Shown here: positions 1 to 26,496 of the stretch, piece after piece
How the letters are laid out: every line of letters starts with the position of its first letter
Numbering within the stretch: position 1 is the stretch's first letter
NCBI RefSeq assembly: GCF_009914755.1
Contig: NC_060943.1
Length of the DNA stretch: 64,000 nucleotides
Source: the human T2T-CHM13v2.0 reference genome, Homo sapiens
Reading direction: 5' to 3' (one strand)
Notes under the pieces: generated by a model
Told to the model about the DNA's origin: nothing
The model's input: only the letters and a program-made list of their open reading frames with translations
Database searches by the model: none
Position numbers and translations under genes: made by a program

Positions 1-14
1 CGTGCGAGATGGAC

Positions 15-690
15 TCGAGGGCCAACACGCTTTTTCGGTAAGAGTCCAGATACCCAGTGTTTTCAGCCTTGCGGTGGAGCCACTCTCTACGGCAACGACT
101 TAACTACACCATGGTAGCAGAATACACAGAGCAGTGTGCCAATAAAACATTATTTCTGGACACTAAAATCTGAATGCCATATAATTGTCATGTGTCATGG
201 CCTTTTCTTTGACTTTTGTTTTTTGCTTCTTTTGGCGGCGGGTAGAAGCAGGGCTTCCTTTGACTTTTTTTTCCAACCATTTAAAAATGGAGGCCGGGCA
301 CGGTGGCTCACGTCTGTAATCCCAGCACTTTGGGAGGCCGAAGCGAAAGGATCACTTGAGGTCAGGAGTTCGAGACCAGCCTGGCCAACATGGTGAAACC
401 CCATCTCTACTAAAAATACAAAAATTAGCCGAGTGTGGTGTCAGGCGCTTGTAATCCCAGCTACCCGGGAGGCTGAGGCAGGAGAATGGCCTGAACCGGG
501 AGGCAGAGTTTGCAGTGAGCCGAGATCACACCACTGCACTCCAACCTAGGTGACAGAACGAGATTCTGTCTCAAAAAATAAAATAAAATAAAAATAAAAA
601 TGGGATAATCATTCTTAGCCCAGGGGCCATATATAAAACCAGGCTGTGGGCCAGAGGTGGCCCAAGGGCGGTGGTTACTGACTCCTGGAC
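15..690 (+). mobile_element. MER58B-like hAT-Charlie DNA transposon, split by an Alu (292-600)
   Basis: CCAATAAAACATTATTTCTGGACACTAAAATCTGAAT, CAACCATTTAAAAATG and CATTCTTAGC...GGGCCAGAGGTGGCCC resemble the MER58B consensus (from memory); the Alu is flanked by AAAAATGG duplications. Confidence 0.75.
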
Positions 691-1089
691 TGGACGTGCT
701 CCAAGCCCCTTCCTCAGCTGCCTTTCTAAGATTCTCTGATTACAAATCCATGTGAGTTTTTCTATTTCAACCTGTTGGCTCAGGTCTTTTTTTTTTTCTT
801 CTTGAGACAGGGTCTTGCTCTGTCGCCCAGGCTGGAGTGCAGTGGCACAATCTTGGCTCACTGCAGCCTCCACCTCCCAGATTCAAGCAATACTCCCACC
901 TCAGCCTCCTGAGTATCTGGGGTTACAGGCACGCACCACCACGCCCAACTAAGCTTTGTATTGTTAATAAAGACGGGGTTTCACCATGTTGGCCAGGCTG
1001 GTCTCGAACTTCTGACCTCAAGTTATCCACCCACCTCAGACTCCCAAACTGCTGGGATTACAGGTGCGAGCCACCGCGCCCGGCCAGGG

Positions 1090-1390
1090 CAGTGAAACTA
1101 TAGGATACCACAATGGTGGACACGTATCCTTACACCCTTCTCCAAACCCGTAGAATCTTCAACACCAAGAGTAAACTCCAATAGAGACTGGGGACTCTGG
1201 GTGACAATGATGTGTCAACGTGGGTTCATCCATTGTGATTATAACGAATGTACCACTGTGGTACGGGGTGCTGGTAATGGGGGAGGCTGTGCCTGTGGGT
1301 TGCAGGGAGGTGTATGGGAACTTTCTGTTCTTACCGCTCGATTTTGCTGTAAACCTAAAATAGCTCTAAAAAAATAAAGTCTATTTAAAA
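1090..1390 (+). mobile_element. Old L1 (L1MC-like) 3' end
   Basis: ACCACAATGGTGGACACG...TTTTGCTGTAAACCTAAAATAGCTCTAAAAAAATAAAGTCT is typical of an L1MC 3' UTR. Confidence 0.75.
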
Positions 1391-1736
1391 ACCCAACTGT
1401 ATCTTTGTACTTTAATGCAATAAAAGAATCATAAAATCATTAGAAATGGTTTCAGCCTGGCTCAGTAACGCATATCCGTAATCCCAGCACTTTGGGAGGA
1501 CGGGACCGGAGGATTGCTTGAGCTCAGGAGTTTGAGACCAACCTGGGCAACATGGCGAGACCCCATCTCTACTAAAAATGGAAAAATTAGCCAGTCGTGG
1601 TGTTACATGCTTATAGTCCCAGCTACTCAGGAGGCTGAGGTGGGAGAATCACTTGAGCCTGGGAGGCGGAGGTTGCAGTGAACCAAGATTGCATCACTAC
1701 ACTCCGGCCTGGGCAACAGAGCAAGACTCTGTCTCA

Positions 1737-2348
<612 letters not shown>

Positions 2349-2638
2349 CTACAACTGGGTACTGCCAAGGCCAGCGAAGTCCAGGCCTTACTTTCCGACC
2401 ACATTGAAGCCACAGCCGTCTCTGTGCCCAGCAGACTCTGCCAGGACATCTGCATTTGAACTTGGCTGGATTCACCTCTTTTCTTTGATTCCTCCTGGCT
2501 TTGTTGTCCATCAAGTTAGGGAGTTTTTTAAGAAGGCCAGGGGAGGCCGGGCGCGGTGGCTCACGCCTGTAATCCCAGCACTTTGGGAGGCCGAGGTAGG
2601 CAGATCATGAGGTCAGGAGATCGAGACCATCCTGGCTA

Positions 2639-3169
<531 letters not shown>

Positions 3170-3180
3170 CTATCTCATTA

Positions 3181-3324
<144 letters not shown>

Positions 3325-3444
3325 TTAGCCGGATATGGTGACATGTGCCTGTAGTCCCAGCTACTCTGGAGGCTGAGGCAGGAGGATCGCTTGAGCCCAG
3401 GAGTTTGAGACCAGTCTAGGCAACATAGCAATATCCTATCTTTA

Positions 3445-3660
<216 letters not shown>

Positions 3661-3759
3661 TCAACTAATTAACATACATCAAAGGTAGTCTTTTTCTACT
3701 TTACCATCTTCCAAAGAGTAACTGTACAGAAACTCCAAAAAGGTAGCCATTTCTGCAAA

Positions 3760-3975
3760 CCAGGGTCTCTCCCCTGGGCACTGTGGACATCGGAGCTCTG
3801 GACTATTCTCTGGGGTGCGGCCATCCTGGGCACTGCAGGGCGCTGAGCAGTGTCCATGGCATCCACCCACTCCATGCCAGGAGCAGCCCCGGTTGTGACA
3901 GCCACAAATGTCCCCAGACGTTGCTCAGTGTCCCCTGAAGGCCAGAATCACCCCCAGGGACAAGCTCTGATTTAG
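3760..3975 (-). mobile_element. MER20-family DNA transposon
   Basis: Reverse complement contains GGAGTGGGTGGATGCC...CCCTGCAGTGCCCAGG...GAGACCCTGG. Confidence 0.8.
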
Positions 3976-4531
3976 GGCATGGCTGGACATGAGACAGAGA
4001 CAGCACCAGATAAATGCGTCAAGGGTTAAAGAATGAACGCCCACATTCTACCCACAACCCCCCCAAGTCTCTAATCAAATGCCGCCTCCTCTTGGAGGCT
4101 CTCAGAGGTCGAGGTCCCTGTCTTCATTTTGTAAACCCATCACTCGACACAATATCAGACACTTAATATTGTGTTGTGAACGTTAATAAATGTCTGTAAA
4201 ATAAATGACTCTGACCTTGAAACGGCAATGTCTCTATGCCTAAGAAATCTTGGTTGTTTGAGGATAAAATTATCTTCCTTTCTCTCTCTGGGGTTGGGCT
4301 ACATTTGAGATTGTAAGGCTGGGTAAGCACAGGGGATTTGGGTCAGAAATGTCAAGGCTATCTGGAATTGGTGACACTATTTTTGGAGGAATCTACATTT
4401 TGGGGAGATTTTTTTGTTGCTTTTTTTTGGGGGGGGGCAGGGAATAGCACTTAACTAGTTCAACCATAGTTTTTAGGGGAAAAAAAAAAGTTTTAGTTGA
4501 AAGGATCTGTTCTACCATAGCCTGGTATAGA

Positions 4532-5120
4532 GCAGTGGTTCTCAACCCCAGATGACTGTGGACAATGTCTGGGGACATCGGTGGCTGTCACAACTCAGAG
4601 ATGCTCCTGGCGTGGAGTGGGTGGAGCCCAGAGACGCTGCTCAGCACCCTGCAGTGCCCAGGACGGCCCCACCCCAGAGAACAATCCGGTCCCCCCTATC
4701 TGCAGTACTAAGAGGGAGCCCCTACATTATTTGGGAAAAAAATCAAGTCTGCTTCCTGATCACACTAGACACCAGAATAAACTCCCAATGGGGCAGACAG
4801 TGTAAATCAGGGGGACCCCCAGCTTCTGGGGCTCACCTCCTCTCTCCCTCCCCACTCAGGGTGTGGATTTCAATGTGTGCAGCCTCCTGGGACCTCAGCA
4901 GGGCAGAGGATCATGGGACGCGGAGTCTCTTGGAGTCCGTGGACTCCCCTAGCCCAGGTGTGATCTGCTCCCTGAGGGACACTGGGCTATGTCTGGGGAC
5001 ATCTGTGGTTGTCACAACTGGAGGTGCTCCTGGCGTGGAGTGGGTGGAGGCCAGGGACGCTGCTCGGCACCTCAGGACCTGCAGTGCCCAGGACAGCCCT
5101 GCCCCAGAAAATGACCCTAC
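4532..5120 (+). mobile_element. Two MER20-family copies (4532-4720, 4960-5120)
   Basis: CAGTGGTTCTCAACC terminus; ATGTCTGGGGACAT...GTCACAACT...GAGTGGGTGGAG core present twice. Confidence 0.8.
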
Positions 5121-5944
5121 TCAGGCCATCACAGGGTAGGGTTGAACTCGAGCTCAGGAGTTCGAGACCAGCCTAGGCAATACAGGGGGACCTCCACGTT
5201 TACAAAAAAAAGTTTTAATTAGCTGGGCATGGTGGCGTGCATCTGTAGTCCCAGCTACTCTGGGAGGCTGAGGTGGGAGGATTGCTTGAGCCCGGAGTTT
5301 GAGGCTGCAGTGAGCCAGGCTGAGAAAATGTGTGGTGAGTGGCATGGGGAGACCTAGCGCCCTCTGTGTACCCACCAAGATGGGCCAGTCTCCACCAATC
5401 CGTTCCCTGGCAAACTTGTATTCTACTCAAAGCTTCCTCGTGGCCTCCTGTCTGGACCTTCCGCAGCCCCCTCTCTACCCCCCTGGACGACTTCTTATCA
5501 CCCCTGCACCTATTCAGCTCCTAGAACACACAGGCCCGAGGCCCCCACCTCTGTGCCACCCTGGGCTCAGGCCCCTCTGACCCAGACTGCCATCTCCACG
5601 GCCCCCACACCAGCACACAGATGCCTCATTCACGTGGTGCTCCCAGGGCCTGGCACCAGTTCTGAGGCTTAAAATAGGCACACAACGGGCCTTTGTCGGA
5701 TAGAGGAAGGAAGGAAGGAGCGTTTCAGACAAAGGAGACAGCAACAGCAGCGTCCAGGAAACCCAGGGGCACCGGGGAGGTGGATGGAGCCAAGTGGGGG
5801 TGGGGTACTTGAAGGGTCAGAGGGCAGGGCCAGGCCATGCAGGACCCTGAAGACTCCATGAGGAACTGGGGTGCCATCATGTGGGTGCTGACTTGATAGG
5901 GGGCAGGGAAGTGACCGTCTGATCAGTGCCCAGGAAGCTTACTA

Positions 5945-6657
<713 letters not shown>

Positions 6658-6699
6658 CCACTAAACAAACATCCCAAGCTTCAGTGCAGTGGACTGCCT

Positions 6700-7445
<746 letters not shown>

Positions 7446-7731
7446 AAAAAGCAGTAAGACTTTTCCTTTTGCGAGGTTCAAGTAACTGTTCGTGGAAGCG
7501 TCTCGGAGCTGCCCACGAACCCCACCGCCCATCCGTGTCAGGAGCCGATGTGGGGGAGCAACCACACAGAGAGAGCGTGGCCCACTCACGCCGCAGGATG
7601 GGGGAGGAGGAGGACAGGAGTGACCCCTCGGGGGCCGCTGTGTGACTGAGGATGGGTCAGCCCATCTCCTTAGCTCTCACACTCATCGGTAGGGTCTCCT
7701 GGGTGACGTAAACCATGAACACTTTTCTCTA

Positions 7732-8976
<1,245 letters not shown>

Positions 8977-9327
8977 CTACTATCGGTGAACAAGAAAAAT
9001 GCCTCCATTCAGTAAACACGAAGCTGAATTGTCTACACGTGAGGGTAATTTGTGTTTAGTTCTCTTTGCCTTCAAACAGTGGGGCCCCAGGGTTTACGAA
9101 GCATGAAACAAGAACAGAAAATAACGGTATCGGTCAAAGGATGTTTTCTAAATAAAGCTCCTCTGTAAGATCGAGACGCACCTGCAGAATTTGAGCTTCG
9201 TTGGAAGCTTCACGTTCCAGGTTAAAACCAAGAAAGCACATTGCAAACATTGTCATCTTCCAATGCTTGCAACTGACAACTTCAGGCCATCTTCTAAATC
9301 AGTACTAAGTGTTCAAAAGCCACATAA

Positions 9328-10696
<1,369 letters not shown>

Positions 10697-11899
10697 TAAG
10701 GTTGCAGGACTAGAGTCAAGTTCCAGTCACTTCCTTTCCTCTCCTCTGTGACAACCCAGTCATCCCACTCCTCCATCTCCAAACCCACCAAAGAAAAAAA
10801 CTGGATTGAGTCCATTATTCTCCATGCTTCAGGTACCCTCACTATATGCTAGGAAATAGTCCATGCATACATCCCGTAATTCGACCCTGAGAGGCACATG
10901 CTACTGTTTTTATTATTCCCGCTTTGCAGGGGAGTAAACAACACCTCCAAAAGATGATACAGCCAAATCCGCAGCGAGAGGCTGGGTCGGAACACACACA
11001 GGCGCACCTCCCAGAGGCCCCCGACACTCCATCAAGGCAAGATCGCAGCATCCCACGACGGGAACAAGTTTGTGAACTTGGCATTTGCCTCGCTGACACC
11101 TAGCAACCGTGTGAAGACGCTTAGCTGGGGATCCGCTGCCTCTGTTCATCAAGCCTGTCTTCCACCGCCCACCTCCCAACCCCTAGCAACCCCCGCTCCC
11201 CAGGAAAAATAAAGTGCCACCCACGTCGCTCAATAGCACCGTCCCAAAAACTCCCACTTTAGTTCCTGAAAAATTCAGTCACCGACAGGAGCCTTTCTCC
11301 TTCCTGAAGCGTTCTCCTTGGCACCCTATATCCTAGAAATAAACCTCAAAAAGTATTCCGAACTCCCGTCTCCTTCAACTCACTGTTCCCCGGGGGGTTC
11401 TGCCCCGTGCCCAGTTCTAGAGCAAACAATTAACATCTCCCCCAAAAGTAGAGGGGTGAGTCCTCTCCAAATTCCTTTTAACTGGATCCTACCTGAGACA
11501 CCTCCCCACACCCCGTTTTCCTCCTGATTAGTCAATGTCTAGCAAAACACCTGCCCCCAGGTGTCTCCAGCCTGGGACCTTACCCCCACCTCCCTTCTCA
11601 CTAACTCACCCCAACTTCCTTCTCCCTGAACCCCCTTCCACCCCACACACTCACAAGCTCCCCATTTCCCCTGATAGCCCCCAGACCCTTTCTGGAACAA
11701 GCCTGACCCCCACCTGTATGCTCCAGCCACTCCCTGGCTCACCCCAGCTTTGTCCTTCTGCCCCTTTTCAGCTAACCCTAACCCCTGGGCCGTCAATCAC
11801 ACCCCCCCATCTTCACCAACCCCATTCCTCAGTCCTCTCCCCAGACAACCTCAACATCTAATTCCCTCTGCAGCCCCCTCTCCAATGAACCCCACTTCA

Positions 11900-12730
11900 A
11901 ACTCCATCCCCAGCCCCCTCTCCAGCTCCCTGCAAACCTCAACCCCACTCCCAGCTCCCTCTTCAAAGAAGCTGCACCCTTGACTCAACCCCTGTTCCCC
12001 GCTCCAATTAACCTCAACCCCCAACACCATCCCCAGCGTCCTCCCCAGCTAACTCAGATTTCCAATTCCACTTCCAGCCCCCTCCCCAGCTAACCTCGAC
12101 CTACAATTCCAGCCCCCTCCCCAGCTAGCTTGGACCTCCAATCCCACTCCAAGCCCCCTCGGCAGCTAACCTCGACCTGCGACTCTAGCCCCCTCCCCAG
12201 CAAACTCAAGACCTCCAATTCCACCACCAGCCCCTTCCTAGCTAACCTGGACCTGCAATTCCAGACCCCTCCCCAGCCAACTCAGACCTCCAATCCCGCT
12301 CCAAGCTCCCTCCCCAGCTAACCTCGACCTGCAACTCCAGTCCCCTCCCCAGATAACTCAGACCTCCAGTCTCACCCCCAGCCCCCTCCTCAGCTAACTC
12401 AGACCTCCAATCCCACCTCCAGCCCCCTCCCCAGCTAACCTGGACCTGCAACTCCAGCCTCCTCCCCAGCTGGCCCTGATTTCTAAGTGGAGTCCCAATG
12501 CCCAGACCCAATCCTTCCCCAGCTAACCTCGATCTGCACCCCCTGCCCCGTCCCCAGCTAACCTCGACCTGCAACTCCCGCCCCCTCCCCAGCTAGCCCT
12601 GAGCCCCAAGTGCAGTCCCAATCCCCAACCCCAGCCCCTCCCCAGCTAACTTCGACCCCCTAAGCGCAGCCCCGTCCCCAATTCCAACCCCAGCCTCCAG
12701 TTGCAGCCCGGGTCCCCAGACCCAGCCCCC
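11900..12730. repeat. Degenerate C-rich minisatellite with alternating ~29- and ~36-bp units built on CCAGCCCCCTCCCCAGCTAAC
   Basis: Recurrent CCCCCTCCCCAGCTAACCTCGACCTGCAACTCC and CAGACCTCCAATCCC. Confidence 0.85.
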
Positions 12731-13220
12731 CTCCTCAGCCGACTCCGACCCCCAACTCGGTCCGCAGCCGAATCCGAGCTGTCCCAGTCCCCTCTCCGGG
12801 ACGCCGGCCGCGCCCTCACTTCCCCTGGCCCGGTTCGCGGGCGCCCTTACCTGCGCTCGGGCCCCGCGGCCGCCTCAGCCCCGCCGCGCAGCCGAACCCT
12901 CCGCCCCGGCCCGCGAGCGCTCGCTCCCCTCTGCGGGGGCGGGGCCGACACTCGGGGGGCGGGCCCTGGCGTCCCGGCAAGGCCAATCGCGAGCCCCGGC
13001 TGCGGGAGGCCGGAGCGGGGGCGGGGCGCGGGGCAGGCAGCGGGGTAGGCTGCGCCCAGGAGAGTGGGGCGGGGCTCCGGGCGCGGGCGGGGCCGGGGGC
13101 GGGGCGAAGAGCGGCTTTCCAGGGTGACTTCGTGACGTCAGGAAGGCGCGAGTAGTTTCGCGAGTTCGAATCCCGCGCTAGGTGAGCTGGTTCGAATCCT
13201 GCATGCCAGCTCCGGGGGCT
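12700..13220 (-). promoter_or_regulatory. GNG7: GNG7 CpG-island promoter: multiple GC boxes, CCAAT (12983-12987), full CRE TGACGTCA (13133-13140)
   Basis: High CpG density; motifs read directly. Confidence 0.8.
12851..12900 (-). other. GNG7: Non-coding exon 1 of GNG7 (5' end approximate)
   Basis: Strong donor GAGCGCAG|GTAAGG inside a CpG island, with GC boxes and CCAAT upstream; identity from recalled gene order. Confidence 0.7.
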
Positions 13221-13544
13221 CATTTGCTGGGGAAGAATGTCAGTGATCATAACTGCTGCACCGCTTTCTTGAAGACTTTATAGGCTCCCTCTCGTGGGAC
13301 CCTCCGCATAAGGCCAGAAGGCGAGATTACTATCCACATTTTACAGAGGTGGAAACTGGGTCTCAGAAAGGTGAAACCTAAGGTCATTTGCCCAAGCCTG
13401 TCTCATCATTTCCAAGATTTCTCAGTTTCCTAACTCATGGCCCTGGATCCACAAATTCCTGAGCCCCAACACAGATGGAATGAACCAGAATCCTACAGGG
13501 AACTGGACCCTGAAATCTGTGTTTTGTTTAGTTTCCGTTTTGTT

Positions 13545-21396
<7,852 letters not shown>

Positions 21397-22307
21397 TCAC
21401 ATCTGACCTGGAGGACATATCACTAACCACGGCCCTCTCCCACCTCCTGGGATCCTGGCAAGCCAGACTCCAACCATACATTCACGTTACACAGATAGGG
21501 AAGCTGAGGTCCTGTGGGTTCCTCCTTTTGTAAAATAGGGCTCTTAGTGCCTGTCCGACCTCCTCAGCCAGCTGCGGTAAGTACACGGTACAGCGGGGCC
21601 CTCGAGGTCTCTTGAGGGAAGTGCTGAAATGTTCCCGTAACCCCCTGGCATCCTTCTCGTGAAAGTCCAAACTCTTCCCACAGCCCACCAGGCACTGTTT
21701 GACCCCTGCTGGCGACCTTCAACTTCACTGGCCACCCTCCCTCTCCTCCCTCCACTCCTCCCAGCCAGGCCTCACCTGTTCCTGCTTTGACACCTTTGCT
21801 GGTCCCCCTGTCCAGTGCTCCGTCCCAGGTCCCCTTGGAGCTGGCCTCTCCCCCGCTTCCCACATCAGCAAACACGTCAGCTTCTGAGTCAGACCTCAGA
21901 AGGCCTGGGACTCCCAGCCACGTCACTTTTGTGATGCAGGTTTATCTTCTGCGTAGGGAGCATGTGTCTGCGATGATTTGATCCACTTCTTCATAGGGAA
22001 TCATCGTCCCCAGTGGGTTATGCTCTCTGAGCAGGCAGGGGGCTCTGGGGCTGGTGTCTGTCACTGCTGTGTCCCCAGCATCAGGGCAGGACCAGGCATA
22101 GAGTGGTGCCTCTTACATACTGGATGAATGAATGAATGAATGAACCAATGAATACGTGAATGAATGATGTCTCAGCTCTTCCTTCCTTCCAGTCTGGTCC
22201 TGAACAACGCCTTACCTCTTCAGCTCAGATCCCTGCCCCAGCCTGCTCTGGGTTAGGGGTGAGGGGTGGGGGCTGGGCTGGCAGATGGGACAAGCAGGGA
22301 AGGTCCC

Positions 22308-23010
<703 letters not shown>

Positions 23011-23257
23011 TCTCCTCTGCCCCAACGCCACTGGGCCTGCAAGGAAATTGTCCACGTTCACAGAAAGTCCAGCTGGGAGGATGTCCCCAGCTAATGTGCA
23101 CAGAGTGAATCTGGAAACCAACACCCTAGAAAAAAGCCACATAAAGACATCTCCAAGCAGAGTCCCAGACGGGTCCTGCCTTGCCTCCCCTGCTGCATGT
23201 CCTCACCCCGCTCCCTCCACCTCCCCACCACCATCCCATCCTTCGCTTCCTACACAG

Positions 23258-23772
23258 GTCCCCTCCTCCACTCTTCACCCCATCCCTCACTTCCTACACC
23301 CACCACCTCCTCCACCCTTAATGCCATCTCTCACTTCCTACACCCATCACCTCCTCCACCCTTCATCCCATCCATCACTGTCTACACCCATCACCTCCTC
23401 CACCCTTCATCCCATCCCTCACTTCCTCCACCCACCACCTCCTCCACCCTTCATCCCATCCCTCACTTCCTACACCCATCACCTCCTCCACCCTTCATCC
23501 CATCCCTCACTTCCTACACCCACCACCTCCTCCACCCTTCACCCCATCCCTCACTTCCTACACCCACCACCTCCTCCACCCTTCATCCCATCCCTCACTT
23601 CCTCCACCCACCACCTCCTCCACCCTTCATCCCATCCCTCACTTCCTACACCCACCACCTCCTCCACCCTTCATCCCATCCCTCACTTCCTACACCCATC
23701 ACCTCCTCCACCCTTCATCCCATCCCTCACTTCCTACACCCATCACCTCCTTCACCCTTCACCCCATCCTGC
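23258..23772. repeat. 44-bp VNTR, ~11.5 copies (CACCTCCTCCACCCTTCATCCCATCCCTCACTTCCTACACCCAY)
   Basis: Period of 44 measured between 23401 and 23445. Confidence 0.95.
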
Positions 23773-23854
23773 ACCTCCCCACCCTTCTTGATCCTTTACA
23801 GGCGGTGAGCTGACACCCCACGCCCACCACAGAGACAGGGCGCCATGCTGGTGG

Positions 23855-26496
23855 GGAATGCAGGATCCACTTTTTTATTGCAGGAAGACTATGTCTAGAG
23901 CGAAGGCTACACAGACCCCACGATGGGGGAGTGGGGGCACCCACATGCGAGGGGAGAGGGGGCAGGGGCGGAGTCACAGCAAGCATGGCCTGGCACAGTC
24001 CCCGGCACCAGGGATGCCCAGGCAGGATGGGCCAGCAGCCAGGACAGGCTCGGGCCCCCTCCTATTGCAGATGCCCTCTCTCCCCAGGGTCGGGCAGGGC
24101 CTGAGGTGGGAGAGGCCTGGAGGTGGGCAGGGCCCCAAGGAGATTGTGCTATCAGGGTGTGTCCCTGAGAAAGGGCCGCAGACCCCTGCCCAGCCTCACT
24201 CTCTCCGGCACCTTCAGAACCCAGAAGCTACTGCCAGGACAGGAGAGGAGGCAACATCAGCTGCTGGTGGGCCCTGGGCCAGCCCAAGTTTTGGGGGGAC
24301 CCAGCTCTGCTCAGACACAATGCCAGCTCTTCTGGGAGCCCGGTCCACGTGCTGGATAGCAACACACACGCACGTGTGCACACTCCCTCTCTCTGAGTGT
24401 GTCCAATAAACATTTGTTGAGTAAACACTCACACGAACACAGAGGAAAACAAACATGCTTGTACCAAATCAGACACGAGCAATCTGTTACCTACATAGTC
24501 CCACCTGGCCACATGACTACAGAGACACATGTGTGCAATCTCTCTCTCTCTCTCACTGCACAAAAGGGCGCGCGCACACACACACGTTGCTTCCTCACAC
24601 CCAATAAGACCAAAACCTCCATCTCACCTTCCCTCACTAACTTAGCTGCCATGCTCCGAGCCCCGCTGTGGAGAGACCCACATGGTACAGAACAAAGGGC
24701 AGCTTCCAGCCAACAGCCAGCGAGGAACTGAGGCCTTCAGTCTTGCAACAGCAAGGAACTGAATGCTGCAACAACCACATGAGCTTCTAAGAAGCAAATC
24801 CTTCCCCGATCAGGCCTTCAGATGAGACCTCTGCCTGGCCAATGCTTTGATTGCAGCCTCCTGAGATCCCAAGTAGAGGACCCAGCCAACCTGCACCCAG
24901 GCTCTTGACCCACAGAATCTATGAGATAATAAGCATGTGTTGTTTCTGGTTGCTACATTTGTGGTCATTTGTTACACAGCAGTAGCTGACTGATACAGAT
25001 TTGGAACCGAAAGTCACATTGCTACAGTCATGTTGCTATAGAGTGGAACACAGATCGTGTCCCTCAATCAGGACAAACATATTTACAGATAAATGCTCTC
25101 AGATAAACCATATCACCCACTCCCCAAAATATAGTCATGCTCATACAGGCACAAAGATTCACACAGACACCTCACACATATCCAGTCTTGCTGACAACCA
25201 CACACAGGTATCTACAACTACCCACCTCTCTGTATACCCTACACCACTATTACACACACAGACTGCCACAAAAACATATCATCCCAGACAGACACACACA
25301 GGTATACACGCAGATGCACTTAGATACAAGTCACCCATCCGCGCACCCCAGGTTGCACAAATACACCATTCCATAGCCACTTCCGTGTATGTTGGACACA
25401 ACCCTGTGGGGTCACACGAGTGTGGTGTCACTCAGACTCTCTCAAAAAACACCCAGAACCTCATGGCTGCAGGTACACTCGACTCCAGGACGCCACCTTC
25501 CCGGGCAGGCCCTGCTCTCTGGGGCACAGGTGGTGGGGAGGAAGTGGGTGGGGCAGACCTCTGTCCGGGGCGCCCTCGGATCCTGCTGGTGCTGGCTCCC
25601 ATCGGCTGTCCCCCCACGGGGGTGTAATTGATGTATCTCTGGCCGGGGCCCCGGGTACCCCCTCCTGAGCACCCCAGGTCCCCACCCGCCATGCGTTGCT
25701 AACGTCTCTGTCTTGGTGGAAGAGGCGGGTCCCGGGTGGGCGGTGTCCGGGAAGCCCCTCCACGCCCATGGTGCCTCTCCAGCGGGGCAGTTGTGCTGTG
25801 GATGTGGCTGGTCCCGGGGGTGGGATTCGGGGCTGGCAGGGGCACTGCTGCAGGCCCTGTGGTTATTGCCTGGTGGCCTGAGGCCCATCCCACGGGCCCC
25901 ACACCCCACTGTGAAGACAGAGGAGAGAGGTGCGTTCTGGAACCGGAGGAGTGGGCACAGATCAGAGGTCACGACGGGCCGGGTGGGCTTGGGTGTATGT
26001 TAACACCAAATAGGAGAAAAAAGAAAAAAATATCTGAGGCCGATGTGCATTTTCAACTCCCCCCTCCCCCAGAAGGTCACAGTGATCAAATGTGAGGGAC
26101 AGGACGCGCAGGTCTGGCTGGGGACACCCCAGGGAAAGAGATGGAAACGGGGAAACGCAGCCTCCTCTGGTCCTGGTGGGAACAAGCAGCTCCTCTTGCC
26201 AGCTCCCCATCCTGTTTTCCCATCTGCAGGACAAGGGGGCCACCTCCGGCTCTTGGTTTTGGAGGGTACAGACAGAACAGGAGGGTGGAGAGAGAGCAGG
26301 GGAGGAAGAAAAGCCCCAGCCCTGCCTCGGGGTGGGCAGGGGCAGCGGAGGCGGGGGGGGGGGGTGGCCTCGGTTTCCCCAGCCGAGGTGTCGGAGGAAG
26401 GATGAGAGAAGAGGAGGAGGCCGAGGAGGGTGTCGGTGTTGGGGGAGGCAGCGGGGGTCAGTGGGGGTGGGCGGCGGGCAGGCGGGCGTTCCGGGC
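23855..26496 (-). other. DIRAS1: DIRAS1 3' UTR, containing an antisense MLT1 LTR fragment (~24640-24995) and GT-rich tracts
   Basis: Between the stop codon and AATAAA; MLT1 motifs CAGCCAACAGCCAGCGAGGAACTGAGGCC and GTCATTTGTTACACAGCAGTAGCTGACTGATACA. Confidence 0.7.
23874..23879 (-). terminator. DIRAS1: DIRAS1 polyadenylation signal AATAAA (cleavage ~23855)
   Basis: TTTATT on +, ~2.6 kb 3' of the DIRAS1 stop codon. Confidence 0.75.

Noticed and set aside
13137-13215. Possible tRNA gene
   Set aside because: B-boxes present, but no acceptor, D or anticodon stems and no terminator
23048-23808. His/Pro-rich 247-aa and 203-aa ORFs
   Set aside because: Translations of the 44-bp VNTR
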